DNA of 36,695 nucleotides from a virus. The stretch covers positions 1 through 36,695 of IMG/VR virus record IMGVR_UViG_3300009177_000023; one strand, written 5' to 3'. Under the pieces are notes generated by a model, which was not told the DNA's origin, made no database searches, and saw nothing but the letters and a program-made list of their open reading frames with translations. The translations under genes were made by a program, and so were the position numbers. Below, piece after piece: positions 23,127 through 32,393 of this stretch. Positions within the stretch are counted from its first letter, which is position 1; the number at the start of each line of letters is the position of its first letter.

Positions 23127-26100
23127 ATGCGCAACGTTTCGACAGTGGTGGCTTTCGTGTTGTTGGTCGGCTGTGGGATTGAGAAGGACGACGACGTGTC
23201 ACTCCAGAAAATACCGGTGTCCTGGCCCCTGACGGGGGGGCTCGACACCAAGAAATCGCCGCTGGCGATTCAGCCGGGGTCGCACCTGGTGCTGGACGAC
23301 GTTGTTCAGGAGCGGCTCAACGAGTGGCGGCACCGCAACGGATTCACGCAGGTTACGGCGGACACGATGCCCGAGGCGGCGCCGTATTTTGTCGGCGCGC
23401 TCGGTGACTCGGGGATGTTCGAGGCCGGGAAGTCGGGACTGGAGCCTTACTCGCCGTCGTCCGCCGCCAGATGGGCGCCTTCGATCAATGCCGTGCCCAT
23501 CCAGCCTCAGCACCGGAGCCGCAAGCCGATAGTCGCGAACGACCTGACCGCAGGCATGGGCTTCGCGCGCGTCGGCAACATCCTGGCGATCGGGGCGTCC
23601 GTGACGGGCAGTACGAGCTCGGAAACGCGGGTCACCACCTACGACGCCTTCTCTGGCGCCGCGGTTGACATTTCGGGCCCGCTCACTGGCGTGACGCTGT
23701 TTCGCGGGGCTGCCACGGCCTCATTCGCGGTGATGTTCGCGATCGATCCGGTCTCTGGCCTGCGAGCATTCACCGTCAATTCAACTGGGCAAGTCACGTC
23801 GACGACGACAGTGGCGACCGCCTTCACGAGGCTCGATGCCTACTGGTACGGCGGCGCGACAATCACGGTGGTCGCCGCGACCGCTGCCGGTGCGGTGTCG
23901 TTCTTGGAGTTCAACCCATCGACCCCGGCATTCACCACGAACGTGGTACTTGCGGGGGTCCTGGGCAATAGCGCCCTGGCATTGCTGGCCGATCCGCTGG
24001 CCACGGGGACCAGGTACGTGGGGACGAGCGGAACAACGCCCACCACACGCGTAATTCGGTGCAGCTCTGCCGGTGCCATCCTGACGAACGACCAGGTGGA
24101 GGCGGTGGCGTCGACCAAGATCGCAGGGATCGGAACCAACGCCGGCAACGCCGCCGACTGGTCTGTGATCTACCAGACGACCGCGCCCAACCTGCGCGTC
24201 AACCAGAAGGTCAACAATGCGATCGGGTCGCCACTCCCGTTCAAGGGCTCACTGTCATGGGGAGCCGGCGGCACGCTCGATTCCCAGGCGTGGGCGGACT
24301 CCAGCATCGACTCGACGGCCTTTTTCCTGCTGATCGGCCTGCACTCCCAGAACCCCGACGACCCTCAAGATTCATGGGCAGAGTTCTATATCCCGCTGCC
24401 AGGCGGGCAGAGCGCGCCCACGGTAGTGTCGACGCCGTCGTCTCTTTCTGCGGGCCCGTCGCTGTCCGCGCTGTACCAGGTCGTCAGGACGTCGGCTTTG
24501 CATTTCTCGACACTGCTGCCGGTGCAGGTGGTCTACGAGGACAACGCGGGCGTCATCGTCCGGCACTACTCGCTGGACCTGTTCGAACAGACCTACCTGA
24601 CCAGCGCCGACGACGCGGTGACGCTCACTCAGAAGCCGCTGAAGTACAAACAGACGTCGTTCGTTCCTGGCGGCCAGATCTCATATTTCGACGAGAGCGC
24701 CATGAAGCGCCTGGGGACGGCGAGCCCGCCCCGGATACCGACCGGGGTGGGCAGCACGGCGGCCGGGGCGCTGACGCTGCTGGCTCAGTATGGCTACAAG
24801 GTTGTCATCGAGACGATCGACAGCGACGGGAACATCTGGCGCTCACCTCCGACGCCGGGCCTCCTGGTGACGCTGGCCGGAACCCAGAACACGATCACCG
24901 TCACCTACTCGTCGTGGTCCACGTCCGACTACACGTCAGCCACCATCCGCGTGGCCATCTACCGGACAGCAGCAAACGGGTCGTCGTATCGGCGGATCTA
25001 CTCGACGCTCGCGGGGCCGGGGCTGGACGTGGTCTATGTCGATCTGCTCGCCGACACCGCCATCGTCGACGGCGAGGTGCTCTACGTCCAGGGCGAGCTC
25101 GAGACGGCTATCACCCCGCCTGCGCACGTCATCTGGTTTCACGATGACCGCTTGTGGGCCGCGAACCGCGAGTACCCCACCGAGGTTTGGTACACCAAGA
25201 ACCTTCGCCCGGGGCGACAGCCGGAGTTCACGAACGAGGGCATCGTTGACCTCGATGACGAGTTCGGGGACATCACCAACGGCGCCAGCCTCGACACGCA
25301 GAACGTTGTGTTCAAGAAGAACGCCATTTACTTCGGGTCGGGCGACGGTTTCACCGACTCGGGCAGCGGCACCAACTACCGCTTCGATCGCATCTCCAGC
25401 GACCAGGGCGCGCTTCCCGGCTCTCCCGTGGTCAACACGGGTAACGTGCTCTACTTCGTTGGAGAACGCGGGATTCACACCGTCAACAAGCAAGGCGTGG
25501 TCGACTTCACCGGATCCCCCGTTGACCAGTGGATCAACCAGCCTTTGGTGTCCACGCGGGAAACGGTGCTAGACGGCTGCTTTGTCTCGACGAAGAACGA
25601 CGTTGTCTTTCTGACCACCAATTACCTGTTGATCCACAACCTCACCTTCAACTACTGGCGGCGGGTGACGGGCCTGGCAGGGATGCGCCGGTGCCTGGTG
25701 GTCAACGGACAGCTGGTGTTGTTCAAGAACGACGGGACGATGTGGCGCGAGGGCGACCACACCGTGTTGACCGACGGATCGAGCGCGATGCCCGAGGGAA
25801 TCATTCGCTCCCCGTGGATGCGCCCCACCCAGGGAAGCGGCGGACCTGGTACCGGCTCGACGGCGACCGCCGGCCAGCAGGGCATGCGCATCTACCGAGG
25901 CCGCGTCACGTACACGCGGACCGCTGGGGGCTCAACGGTTGCCCTTCGGGGGCGCATCTACCGCAACAACGACGACGCCGACCTGGAGGAGTTCACCAGC
26001 AGCGGGATTGCCGCGTCGAAGCTCTCGGGCACCGGCGAGATGGTTCCGAAGGTCTCGAAGTGCACTTCGTTCTCACTCGCCCTGGTGATTCCAGCGGGCG

Positions 26101-26189
26101 ACTGTACAGTCCGCGTTGATGGGTTCGCTGCACTCGTTGGAACGCGCGAAGGCGCCCAAGTTACCGGTCAAGGTGATCGGTGGAAGTGA
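23127..26189 (+). CDS. 1020-aa tail nozzle/tubular-B-like structural protein with an N-terminal lipoprotein signal peptide
   Basis: MRNVSTVVAFVLLVG-C carries a lipobox (LVGC). After it, SLQKIPVSWPLTGGLDTKKSPLAIQP resembles the N-terminus of podovirus nozzle proteins (LKGGISQQP type). A large beta-rich body follows. Confidence 0.55.
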   Translation: MRNVSTVVAFVLLVGCGIEKDDDVSLQKIPVSWPLTGGLDTKKSPLAIQPGSHLVLDDVVQERLNEWRHRNGFTQVTADTMPEAAPYFVGALGDSGMFEAGKSGLEPYSPSSAARWAPSINAVPIQPQHRSRKPIVANDLTAGMGFARVGNILAIGASVTGSTSSETRVTTYDAFSGAAVDISGPLTGVTLFRGAATASFAVMFAIDPVSGLRAFTVNSTGQVTSTTTVATAFTRLDAYWYGGATITVVAATAAGAVSFLEFNPSTPAFTTNVVLAGVLGNSALALLADPLATGTRYVGTSGTTPTTRVIRCSSAGAILTNDQVEAVASTKIAGIGTNAGNAADWSVIYQTTAPNLRVNQKVNNAIGSPLPFKGSLSWGAGGTLDSQAWADSSIDSTAFFLLIGLHSQNPDDPQDSWAEFYIPLPGGQSAPTVVSTPSSLSAGPSLSALYQVVRTSALHFSTLLPVQVVYEDNAGVIVRHYSLDLFEQTYLTSADDAVTLTQKPLKYKQTSFVPGGQISYFDESAMKRLGTASPPRIPTGVGSTAAGALTLLAQYGYKVVIETIDSDGNIWRSPPTPGLLVTLAGTQNTITVTYSSWSTSDYTSATIRVAIYRTAANGSSYRRIYSTLAGPGLDVVYVDLLADTAIVDGEVLYVQGELETAITPPAHVIWFHDDRLWAANREYPTEVWYTKNLRPGRQPEFTNEGIVDLDDEFGDITNGASLDTQNVVFKKNAIYFGSGDGFTDSGSGTNYRFDRISSDQGALPGSPVVNTGNVLYFVGERGIHTVNKQGVVDFTGSPVDQWINQPLVSTRETVLDGCFVSTKNDVVFLTTNYLLIHNLTFNYWRRVTGLAGMRRCLVVNGQLVLFKNDGTMWREGDHTVLTDGSSAMPEGIIRSPWMRPTQGSGGPGTGSTATAGQQGMRIYRGRVTYTRTAGGSTVALRGRIYRNNDDADLEEFTSSGIAASKLSGTGEMVPKVSKCTSFSLALVIPAGDCTVRVDGFAALVGTREGAQVTGQGDRWK

Positions 26190-26198
26190 CGTGACCTG

Positions 26199-28010
26199 AT
26201 GGCGGCAGTTCCCGAGGGCTACACGCCACGCGTCGACGCCAACGGCGTCGTGTCCGGCTACTACGACCCCAACGGGGTGCTGGTCGGCAACATCTCGGGC
26301 GCGGTCAAGAACCCGGACGGGTCCATCACCTATTCGAACGGTGGCGGATCGTTCACGACCTATCCTGGTGGCACGTCGAAGGCGACGCAGGCCACTGGCG
26401 GTTTGACGACCACCTACGGCGCCGACGGCACCCGGACCACCACCGACGCGAGCGGCGCCGCGGCGTCGGCCGACGCGATCCAGGCGGCAAACAACGCGAA
26501 CGCCGGCCAGCTTGGCGCGGGCGGGCTGCTAGGACTGGGCAGCAATCCGGTCACGGGGCTCATCCACGCGGCGGCGGCCATCCCCAAGGCCGTCAAGACC
26601 GAGCTTACCGGCGACGACGGCAGCGCCGCTGCCGCCGACAAGGCCGCCATTGACACCGCCGCCCACAACCTCGGGCAGTGGGATCCCAACGCCAAGAACA
26701 CCTTCGACTTCGGCAATCAGCAGGGCGTTGCGACGCCCGTTGCGAATGCGCCCACGGTTACGGCGCCGCCACCGGGACAGTCGCCCGCCTCGCTCGACTT
26801 CAACGCGGGACTGGTGACGCCGGGGCAGATCACCTCAACGCCCAACGTGGGCTATGCCCCCGTGGTCTCCGCTCCCCAGCTCGGGGCGGCTCCCCAGATC
26901 AGCGCAGGCAGCGCGAGCGGTTCCGGCGTCACTGCCACCAACGTTGCCGTGCAGCGAGCGGACAACGTTGGCGACATTGCCGCGGGCGGCGTCGGTCGCG
27001 ACGCGCAGCTCGACGCCCTGGGCGGGCTCAAGGATGCGGCGGAGGGCAAGACGCCCAGCGCGGCGGAATGGCTGATGCGAAAGGGCATCGACGAGAACGT
27101 TGGCGCGGCCTACGGTCTCGCGGCGTCGTTGCAGGGACGCAACCCCGGCATCGCCCTGCGTACGGGCGCCATCACCGCCAAGGACGCAATCGCGAAGAGC
27201 GCGGCCGACATGGCTGCCCTGCGCGCCACCGAGATCGCGAAGGCGCGCGAGGCCTATGCCACCCTCGGCACCAGCATCGCGGCCCAGGACCTGACTGCAA
27301 TGCAGTCGAACCAGTCCAAGGACCTGACGCTCTCGGTGACCAACCTCCAGGAGCAAATCAAGGTCCTCCAGGGCAATCAGCAGGCCCAGCTGCAAGCGGG
27401 CATGGCCACCGCGGCGAACGCCACCGCAGCGTCGATCGCAACGCTCCAGGCGCAGACCAACGTCGCTGTCGCCAACCTCCAGACGTCGACGGCGCGGGAC
27501 ATCGCGAACCAGACCGCCCAGCTCGACGCCTCGAAGGCCAACGCCGCCAACGAGATCGCGGTCAACATCGCGAACGCCAACAACCAAATGACCGCGTTGA
27601 CGGCGAACCTCGCCGCGCAGACCGCCGCGAACGACAGAAACGCCGCCAGCGAGACGGCCAAGGCGATCGCGCAACTCGACTCCCAGACCAAGATGCTGAT
27701 GCAGCAGCAGGACCAGCTCTACGACGCGGCCAAGACGAACGCCGCGAACCAGGTCAGCGTCAACAACACCAACGCCACGAACGCCACCAACGTCAGTATC
27801 AGCAACGCGGGCCTTGAGGAGCGGAAACAGGCCGACATGGCCGCCGCGGACGCGAAGCTCAAGGAGCTGGGACTACAGTCGCTGATCGCCCAGCTGAACG
27901 CGTCCATCTCTGTCGCCAAGACGGACCAGGAACGGCAGGCGGCCGAAGATGCGTTCTGGGGATCGTTGGCGGGGACCGCGGGAAAGCTTGCGACGGGGAA
28001 GCCGGGATGA
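26199..28010 (+). CDS. Internal virion / ejection-like protein (603 aa), Ala/Asn/Gln-rich coiled-coil C-terminal half
   Basis: Gly/Thr-rich N-terminus (GxxTYxxG repeats), then a long low-complexity helical region. Position after the nozzle gene. Confidence 0.5.
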   Translation: MAAVPEGYTPRVDANGVVSGYYDPNGVLVGNISGAVKNPDGSITYSNGGGSFTTYPGGTSKATQATGGLTTTYGADGTRTTTDASGAAASADAIQAANNANAGQLGAGGLLGLGSNPVTGLIHAAAAIPKAVKTELTGDDGSAAAADKAAIDTAAHNLGQWDPNAKNTFDFGNQQGVATPVANAPTVTAPPPGQSPASLDFNAGLVTPGQITSTPNVGYAPVVSAPQLGAAPQISAGSASGSGVTATNVAVQRADNVGDIAAGGVGRDAQLDALGGLKDAAEGKTPSAAEWLMRKGIDENVGAAYGLAASLQGRNPGIALRTGAITAKDAIAKSAADMAALRATEIAKAREAYATLGTSIAAQDLTAMQSNQSKDLTLSVTNLQEQIKVLQGNQQAQLQAGMATAANATAASIATLQAQTNVAVANLQTSTARDIANQTAQLDASKANAANEIAVNIANANNQMTALTANLAAQTAANDRNAASETAKAIAQLDSQTKMLMQQQDQLYDAAKTNAANQVSVNNTNATNATNVSISNAGLEERKQADMAAADAKLKELGLQSLIAQLNASISVAKTDQERQAAEDAFWGSLAGTAGKLATGKPG

Positions 28011-28012
28011 TG

Positions 28013-28351
28013 CTACTTGCGAACGCCGTAATTGACGTTGACGCGAGGGCGCGCCTGACAGGCCGCAAGCTCCGTCTCAAGCTGCGCCACCTTGGCAGCG
28101 GGATCGACTGGCGGCGCCGCCTGCGCGGCACGCTCGGTCGCCAGGTCGCGGAGAAACTTGTCCGGATCGAAGTCCTTGGAGCCCGCCGTTTCAAGGGCCA
28201 TGCGGAGTCGGGTGTACTCGGCGACGTCGTGGACGTCGGTCACGATCCTGGAAATCGCGCGATAGGCCGGCACGCCCACCGCGATTACCCCCGCCAACGT
28301 CACGACGAGGGTCACTTGTCGAACACGCCTCTCCCACGTCTCAAGGTCCAT
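28013..28351 (-). CDS. Antisense moron: 112-aa single-pass membrane protein
   Basis: The minus-strand ATG at 28351 gives MDLETWERRVRQ-VTLVVTLAGVIAVGVPAYRAI (TM), then a helical C-terminus. High GC3 on the minus strand. The overlapping + ORF 28007..28414 is Arg-rich and looks non-coding. Confidence 0.65.
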   Translation of the reverse strand: MDLETWERRVRQVTLVVTLAGVIAVGVPAYRAISRIVTDVHDVAEYTRLRMALETAGSKDFDPDKFLRDLATERAAQAAPPVDPAAKVAQLETELAACQARPRVNVNYGVRK

Positions 28352-28358
28352 GTAACGA

Positions 28359-28386
28359 ATGATAGCCTCGGCCAATTCGCGGTCAA
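28359..28386 (-). promoter_or_regulatory. Sigma70-like promoter TTGACC-N16-TATCAT for the antisense gene; the -10 box ends 7 nt before the ATG (leaderless candidate)
   Basis: On the minus strand: ttgacc (28386-28381), gcgaattggccgaggc, tatcat (28364-28359), tcgttac, then ATG (28351). Confidence 0.55.
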
Positions 28387-28406
28387 GCCGCCCGGTAAGG
28401 TGACCC

Positions 28407-29927
28407 GTGGCTGAGCTTCCCGGCGCCGGGGTGGCAGTGAACTTCCCCGCGGCTCCCGAGTGGGAAAAGCGGGTGACGGCTCCGTCTGTCACCGACACGA
28501 CAAAGGCCCTGTCGCCTGTCCAGGTCGCGGTAGAGGGTCAATCCCTCGCCCAGGCCGAGGAGGAAAAGGCGGCCGTCGACCAGAAGACGGGCCTCGAAAC
28601 CGACAAGGCGACGATCGAGGCCCAGGGCGCCGCGGCCAAGGAAGCGCAAACCGCGGCGACCATCGGCGAGAAGGACCGCGTCGACGCAGCCGAGACGGTC
28701 AAGATCGCGAAGCGCGCGGACGAGCTGCGCGCCGCGAACGAGGCGATCCGGGCAACGCCCGCGCCTGCGCTGTTCGCGGACCGCAAAGGCTGGGAAAAGG
28801 CCAAGCTCGCGATGGGCTTCGCGCTCGCGGGCCTGGGCGACGCCATCAACGCGAAGGCCAGCGCCGTTCTCGGGCGCGCGGCTGGGCCCTCGGCGGTGAC
28901 GGACATCATCAACATGGACCTGGAGCGCCAGCGCGAGAACATCAAGAAGCTGACCGACAGCCAGATCATGGCCAAAGAGGGCGTCAAGGACGCGATCGCC
29001 GCCCGCGAGCTCGCGCTGACCAAGGTCGACCTGAAGGGCGCGGCCCTGTTCAACCTGGCGAGCCAGCACGTTGAGACACTCCTGAAGGCTAAGGGCATGG
29101 ATGCGCCCGCGATCGCTGGGAACGAGGCCAAGCTCGCGCTCGATCGGGCCGAGGTGGAGAGCAAGAAGCGCGCAGTGGCAGGCCTCGCCAGCGAGCACAC
29201 GCGCGCTGGCGCCAAGGTTGAGGTGACGACGCGCGCGGCGTCCGAGTCCGACAAGGGTGCGCCGAGCGCCCGCGCGGCGCCTGTTCGCGGGCCGGACGGG
29301 ACCATCACCTACGCGCCAACCGGCGAGGCCGAGAAGCTGAACGAAGGCGTCGCCGCGGCGCTGCGGATCGACAAGATCTTGCACGAGCGCCAGCAGCTCA
29401 TCCGCGAACACGGCGAGCGGGTTATCAACCCGCACTCCCCCGAGGGTATGCGAATGAAGCAGCTCGCCGTCGAGTCCGGCGAGGCCCTGCGGCAGTTCGA
29501 CCAGATCAACAACAGCGACGAGGGCCAGAAATTGGCCGCCAAGATCGCGGGAGGGTCCGGCGTCGGCGTTGACCTGAACCCGGCGGCGTCCGTCGACTAC
29601 CTCGCCGAGTTGCGCAGGGGCGTCGCGCGGACCATTCGCGACCGCATCAAGGTCGGCTCTGGTCCCGCCGAGCAGATGCGCCCGGGCGCTCCCGCCGTAC
29701 CGGCTGCGCCCACTGCCGCGCCCGCCGCTGCGCCTGCCCCAACAGCAGCGCCCACGCCGCCGATCCCGTCGACGGCGCCCATGGTTCCTCCGAAGCCCGC
29801 GGCGCTGCCACGGCGCGCACCGGGGCCGCTGAGCCCATCCGACCGTGAGGCGCTCATGTGGGCGAAGGGGCCGGGTCGGGGGACGCCGAAGGCCGAAGAG
29901 ATCTTGAAGGCGCTGGGGGTGAAGTGA
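28407..29927 (+). CDS. Internal virion / ejection-like protein (506 aa)
   Basis: GTG 28407 with an AAGGTG Shine-Dalgarno. Ala/Glu/Lys-rich helical protein with a Pro/Ala-rich C-terminal region. Confidence 0.5.
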   Translation: MAELPGAGVAVNFPAAPEWEKRVTAPSVTDTTKALSPVQVAVEGQSLAQAEEEKAAVDQKTGLETDKATIEAQGAAAKEAQTAATIGEKDRVDAAETVKIAKRADELRAANEAIRATPAPALFADRKGWEKAKLAMGFALAGLGDAINAKASAVLGRAAGPSAVTDIINMDLERQRENIKKLTDSQIMAKEGVKDAIAARELALTKVDLKGAALFNLASQHVETLLKAKGMDAPAIAGNEAKLALDRAEVESKKRAVAGLASEHTRAGAKVEVTTRAASESDKGAPSARAAPVRGPDGTITYAPTGEAEKLNEGVAAALRIDKILHERQQLIREHGERVINPHSPEGMRMKQLAVESGEALRQFDQINNSDEGQKLAAKIAGGSGVGVDLNPAASVDYLAELRRGVARTIRDRIKVGSGPAEQMRPGAPAVPAAPTAAPAAAPAPTAAPTPPIPSTAPMVPPKPAALPRRAPGPLSPSDREALMWAKGPGRGTPKAEEILKALGVK

Positions 29928-31846
29928 TGGCGTTCGATCCTGATGCGTACCTGTCGAACCTGGCCGTCGAGCGCGCCGCCGGAACGCCTGCGGCAGTCGG
30001 CACGCCGCCCGGCATCGCCGCGCCCGACACCACGCGAAACAGCGCGCAGCTGCCCGACTACGCGCACGATCCCGTGCCGCCCGAGAAGGCTCCCGCTGTG
30101 CGCGAAGCAATCACGCGCGCCACCGCCACCGAAGGGTTCGACGGTCTCCCGCCCGACGCCCAGCGCAAGGCCATCATCGACGCCGTCCACGGGGTGACCC
30201 GCGAGCAGGCCCCTGCGGCGCCTGCCGAGCCCGGATTCCTTGAGTCCCTGGTCAACAGCGCCGGCCGCGCTGTGCCGCTCGGACACCAGTCCGGTGCGCT
30301 GATGGAGACCATCGCCCACGGCGGCAAATTCACCGACAATTACAACGCCCTCGAGGCCCGCACGGACGCAGGGGAAGCGGCGCACCCGGTGGCGGGCATC
30401 GCCGGGCGCACGGCTGGCGGCCTGGCAACGATGGCGGCCACCGGCGGCCTGGGTGCCGCCGTTGGTGCCCCCGCGGCAGCGGCGCCGACGATCGCTCGCG
30501 CTGCTGCGCCGCTGACCGCCAACGCTGTGGCCGGCGGCGTACAGGGTGCAGCCGATGCCGCGTCCGAGGGCGCCGATGCGGAGGAGACGTTTCAACGCGG
30601 CCTTGCCGGCGCGACGGTCGGCGCTGGGATTGCCACGGCGATCCCAGCTGCATCGAAGGCGCTAGGGAAGCTGTTTGCCGGCGCGCTGAAGCGGTCCGAC
30701 GAGCGCATTCTGTCGGACGCGGGCGACGTGGCCACGAAGAAGATGCGCGACAAGATCAACGAGAAGGCCGACGACGTCATTGACCTGGTCCGTCGCACCC
30801 CTGGCCTGCGCGAAACCCTCACGACCCCTTCGCACTTCGTTGCGGCGGCCGAGGAACACCTGTCGGCCAACGGAACGCGCCTGAACAAGATTTACGACGC
30901 GGCCGACAAGATCAACGGGATGGTCGACGGCGCGCGCCTCGCCTCCGTCGTGACCGAGGCGCAGCAGCGCGCACAGGGACGCCTCGCGACCAAGGAGGTG
31001 GCGGCGGCCCTGCAACCGACCGTCGACAAGCTCGCGGGCGAGTCGGGGCGCGGGATAAGCGGGGCCGAGATTCGCGAGGAGATCACCCGCTTGCAAGGTG
31101 TCGCGTTCGACCGCTCACCTGGAGCGGCGCCTACCCCCGCGCGCGCCGCCGCCGGGCTGGCTGCGGGCAAGCTGAAGGATCTCCTGGAGGAGCACGTCCA
31201 CGCGGCGAGCGAGACCGTGCGTAGCGCCGCGGGGCATGCCGCCGGGACAACTCCGGGGCTTGTGCCCGCGTCGTCTGGCCTCGGGCCCGTCGGCGGCGCG
31301 ACCGGAGGTCTGTCGCCCGCCCAGCTGCACCAGATGGCAGACGAACTCAACGTGGCCACCGTCAAGTCGCTCAACTCCGATCAGACCGTCCTCATGCGCC
31401 TCAAGAAGGCGGCCGAGTACCGCGCCAGCGTCGCGCCGAACCAGCACGGCACCCGGCTGTCCAAGGTGGCCCATGCCGTTGTCACTCACGGCGCGCATGT
31501 TGGTGGCGTCGGTGAGATCGTCCATGGTCTCGCCTCGGGCGACGGGGCGGCGGTGGCCAAGGGCGTTGCCCTTGCCGTGGCGCCGCATGTGATCCCGCCG
31601 GTGGCCAGGGGCATCGACGAGGGGATCGCCTCCACGGCGCGCGCGCTGGGTGGTACGCGCCCCGCCGCAACGGGACTCGTCCAGAAGCTGTCGGCGACGA
31701 ACGATGCGGGAGGGAAGACCGCCGTTCTCATGGACCACGTCTTTGGCGGGCGCAAGGACGACGCGAAGCCTGCCGCTGCCCCGTACACGTTCGGCGGCGA
31801 CAGTGCCGAAGGTGGCGGCGGCTACAAGTTTGGCGGCGAGCCATGA
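29927..31846 (+). CDS. Internal virion / ejection-like protein (639 aa)
   Basis: TGATG overlap at 29927 (MAFDPDAYLSN...). Gly/Ala-rich hydrophobic segment (GGLATMAATGGLGAAVGAPAAAAP...) suggests a membrane-active core protein. Confidence 0.5.
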   Translation: MAFDPDAYLSNLAVERAAGTPAAVGTPPGIAAPDTTRNSAQLPDYAHDPVPPEKAPAVREAITRATATEGFDGLPPDAQRKAIIDAVHGVTREQAPAAPAEPGFLESLVNSAGRAVPLGHQSGALMETIAHGGKFTDNYNALEARTDAGEAAHPVAGIAGRTAGGLATMAATGGLGAAVGAPAAAAPTIARAAAPLTANAVAGGVQGAADAASEGADAEETFQRGLAGATVGAGIATAIPAASKALGKLFAGALKRSDERILSDAGDVATKKMRDKINEKADDVIDLVRRTPGLRETLTTPSHFVAAAEEHLSANGTRLNKIYDAADKINGMVDGARLASVVTEAQQRAQGRLATKEVAAALQPTVDKLAGESGRGISGAEIREEITRLQGVAFDRSPGAAPTPARAAAGLAAGKLKDLLEEHVHAASETVRSAAGHAAGTTPGLVPASSGLGPVGGATGGLSPAQLHQMADELNVATVKSLNSDQTVLMRLKKAAEYRASVAPNQHGTRLSKVAHAVVTHGAHVGGVGEIVHGLASGDGAAVAKGVALAVAPHVIPPVARGIDEGIASTARALGGTRPAATGLVQKLSATNDAGGKTAVLMDHVFGGRKDDAKPAAAPYTFGGDSAEGGGGYKFGGEP

Positions 31847-32391
31847 GCTGGATGAAGGGCAAGCCCGCCGCGCGTCCCTCGACGCCCCCGCACGTCGACG
31901 TGATGAAGGCGATCGAGGCGCTGCACACGATGGAGAAAGCCGGCCCCCTGCCCCCTCCGATGCTCTACCTACAGCAGCAGCTCCCCGCCGTGGCCTTCGA
32001 CCGCTGGGGCACGCCGCTCCCGTTGTCCATCGCAAAGCAGGAGCGTCTCGACCGCCTGGTTGCCGTGATGGCGGACCCGTACCACCGCGGGCGCGAGCTA
32101 CTGCTCTCGGGCTACCTCGACACCATCGAAGCGAGCGCCATCCGCGACGGGCATCCGCAGGTCTACCAGGCGCTGCGCACGCAGGTGGAGGCCGAACTCG
32201 CAATGGCCGGCCCGCCGCTCCCCGTGTGGTCGGAGGGCGTCCTGGGCGTGTTCTTCGGGCGAGACGCTGCGCTTGTCTACAACGAAGGCCACGAGGCCGA
32301 GAAGCCCAAGGCCGGCGGCCAGTACGCCGGCAAACCACCGCTCCCAACGCCTGCTGATTTCTCGGGCGAGACCCACTTGAAAGGACCCTGA
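31843..32391 (+). CDS. Hypothetical virion-module protein (182 aa)
   Basis: ATGA overlap; high GC3. Confidence 0.5.
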   Translation: MSWMKGKPAARPSTPPHVDVMKAIEALHTMEKAGPLPPPMLYLQQQLPAVAFDRWGTPLPLSIAKQERLDRLVAVMADPYHRGRELLLSGYLDTIEASAIRDGHPQVYQALRTQVEAELAMAGPPLPVWSEGVLGVFFGRDAALVYNEGHEAEKPKAGGQYAGKPPLPTPADFSGETHLKGP

Positions 32392-32393
32392 AC

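Noticed and set aside
28007-28414. + strand ORF (135 aa) that would fill the gap between the two ejection-protein genes
   Set aside because: Its translation is Arg/Gly/His-rich and implausible. The opposite strand gives a TM protein with high GC3 and a good promoter, so the minus-strand gene is preferred.
28383-30110. 575-aa minus-strand ORF opposite 28407..29927
   Set aside because: The sequence is Arg-rich and non-protein-like. The + strand product is a coherent helical protein in operon context. Only the short minus-strand gene 28013..28351 has coding-like features.
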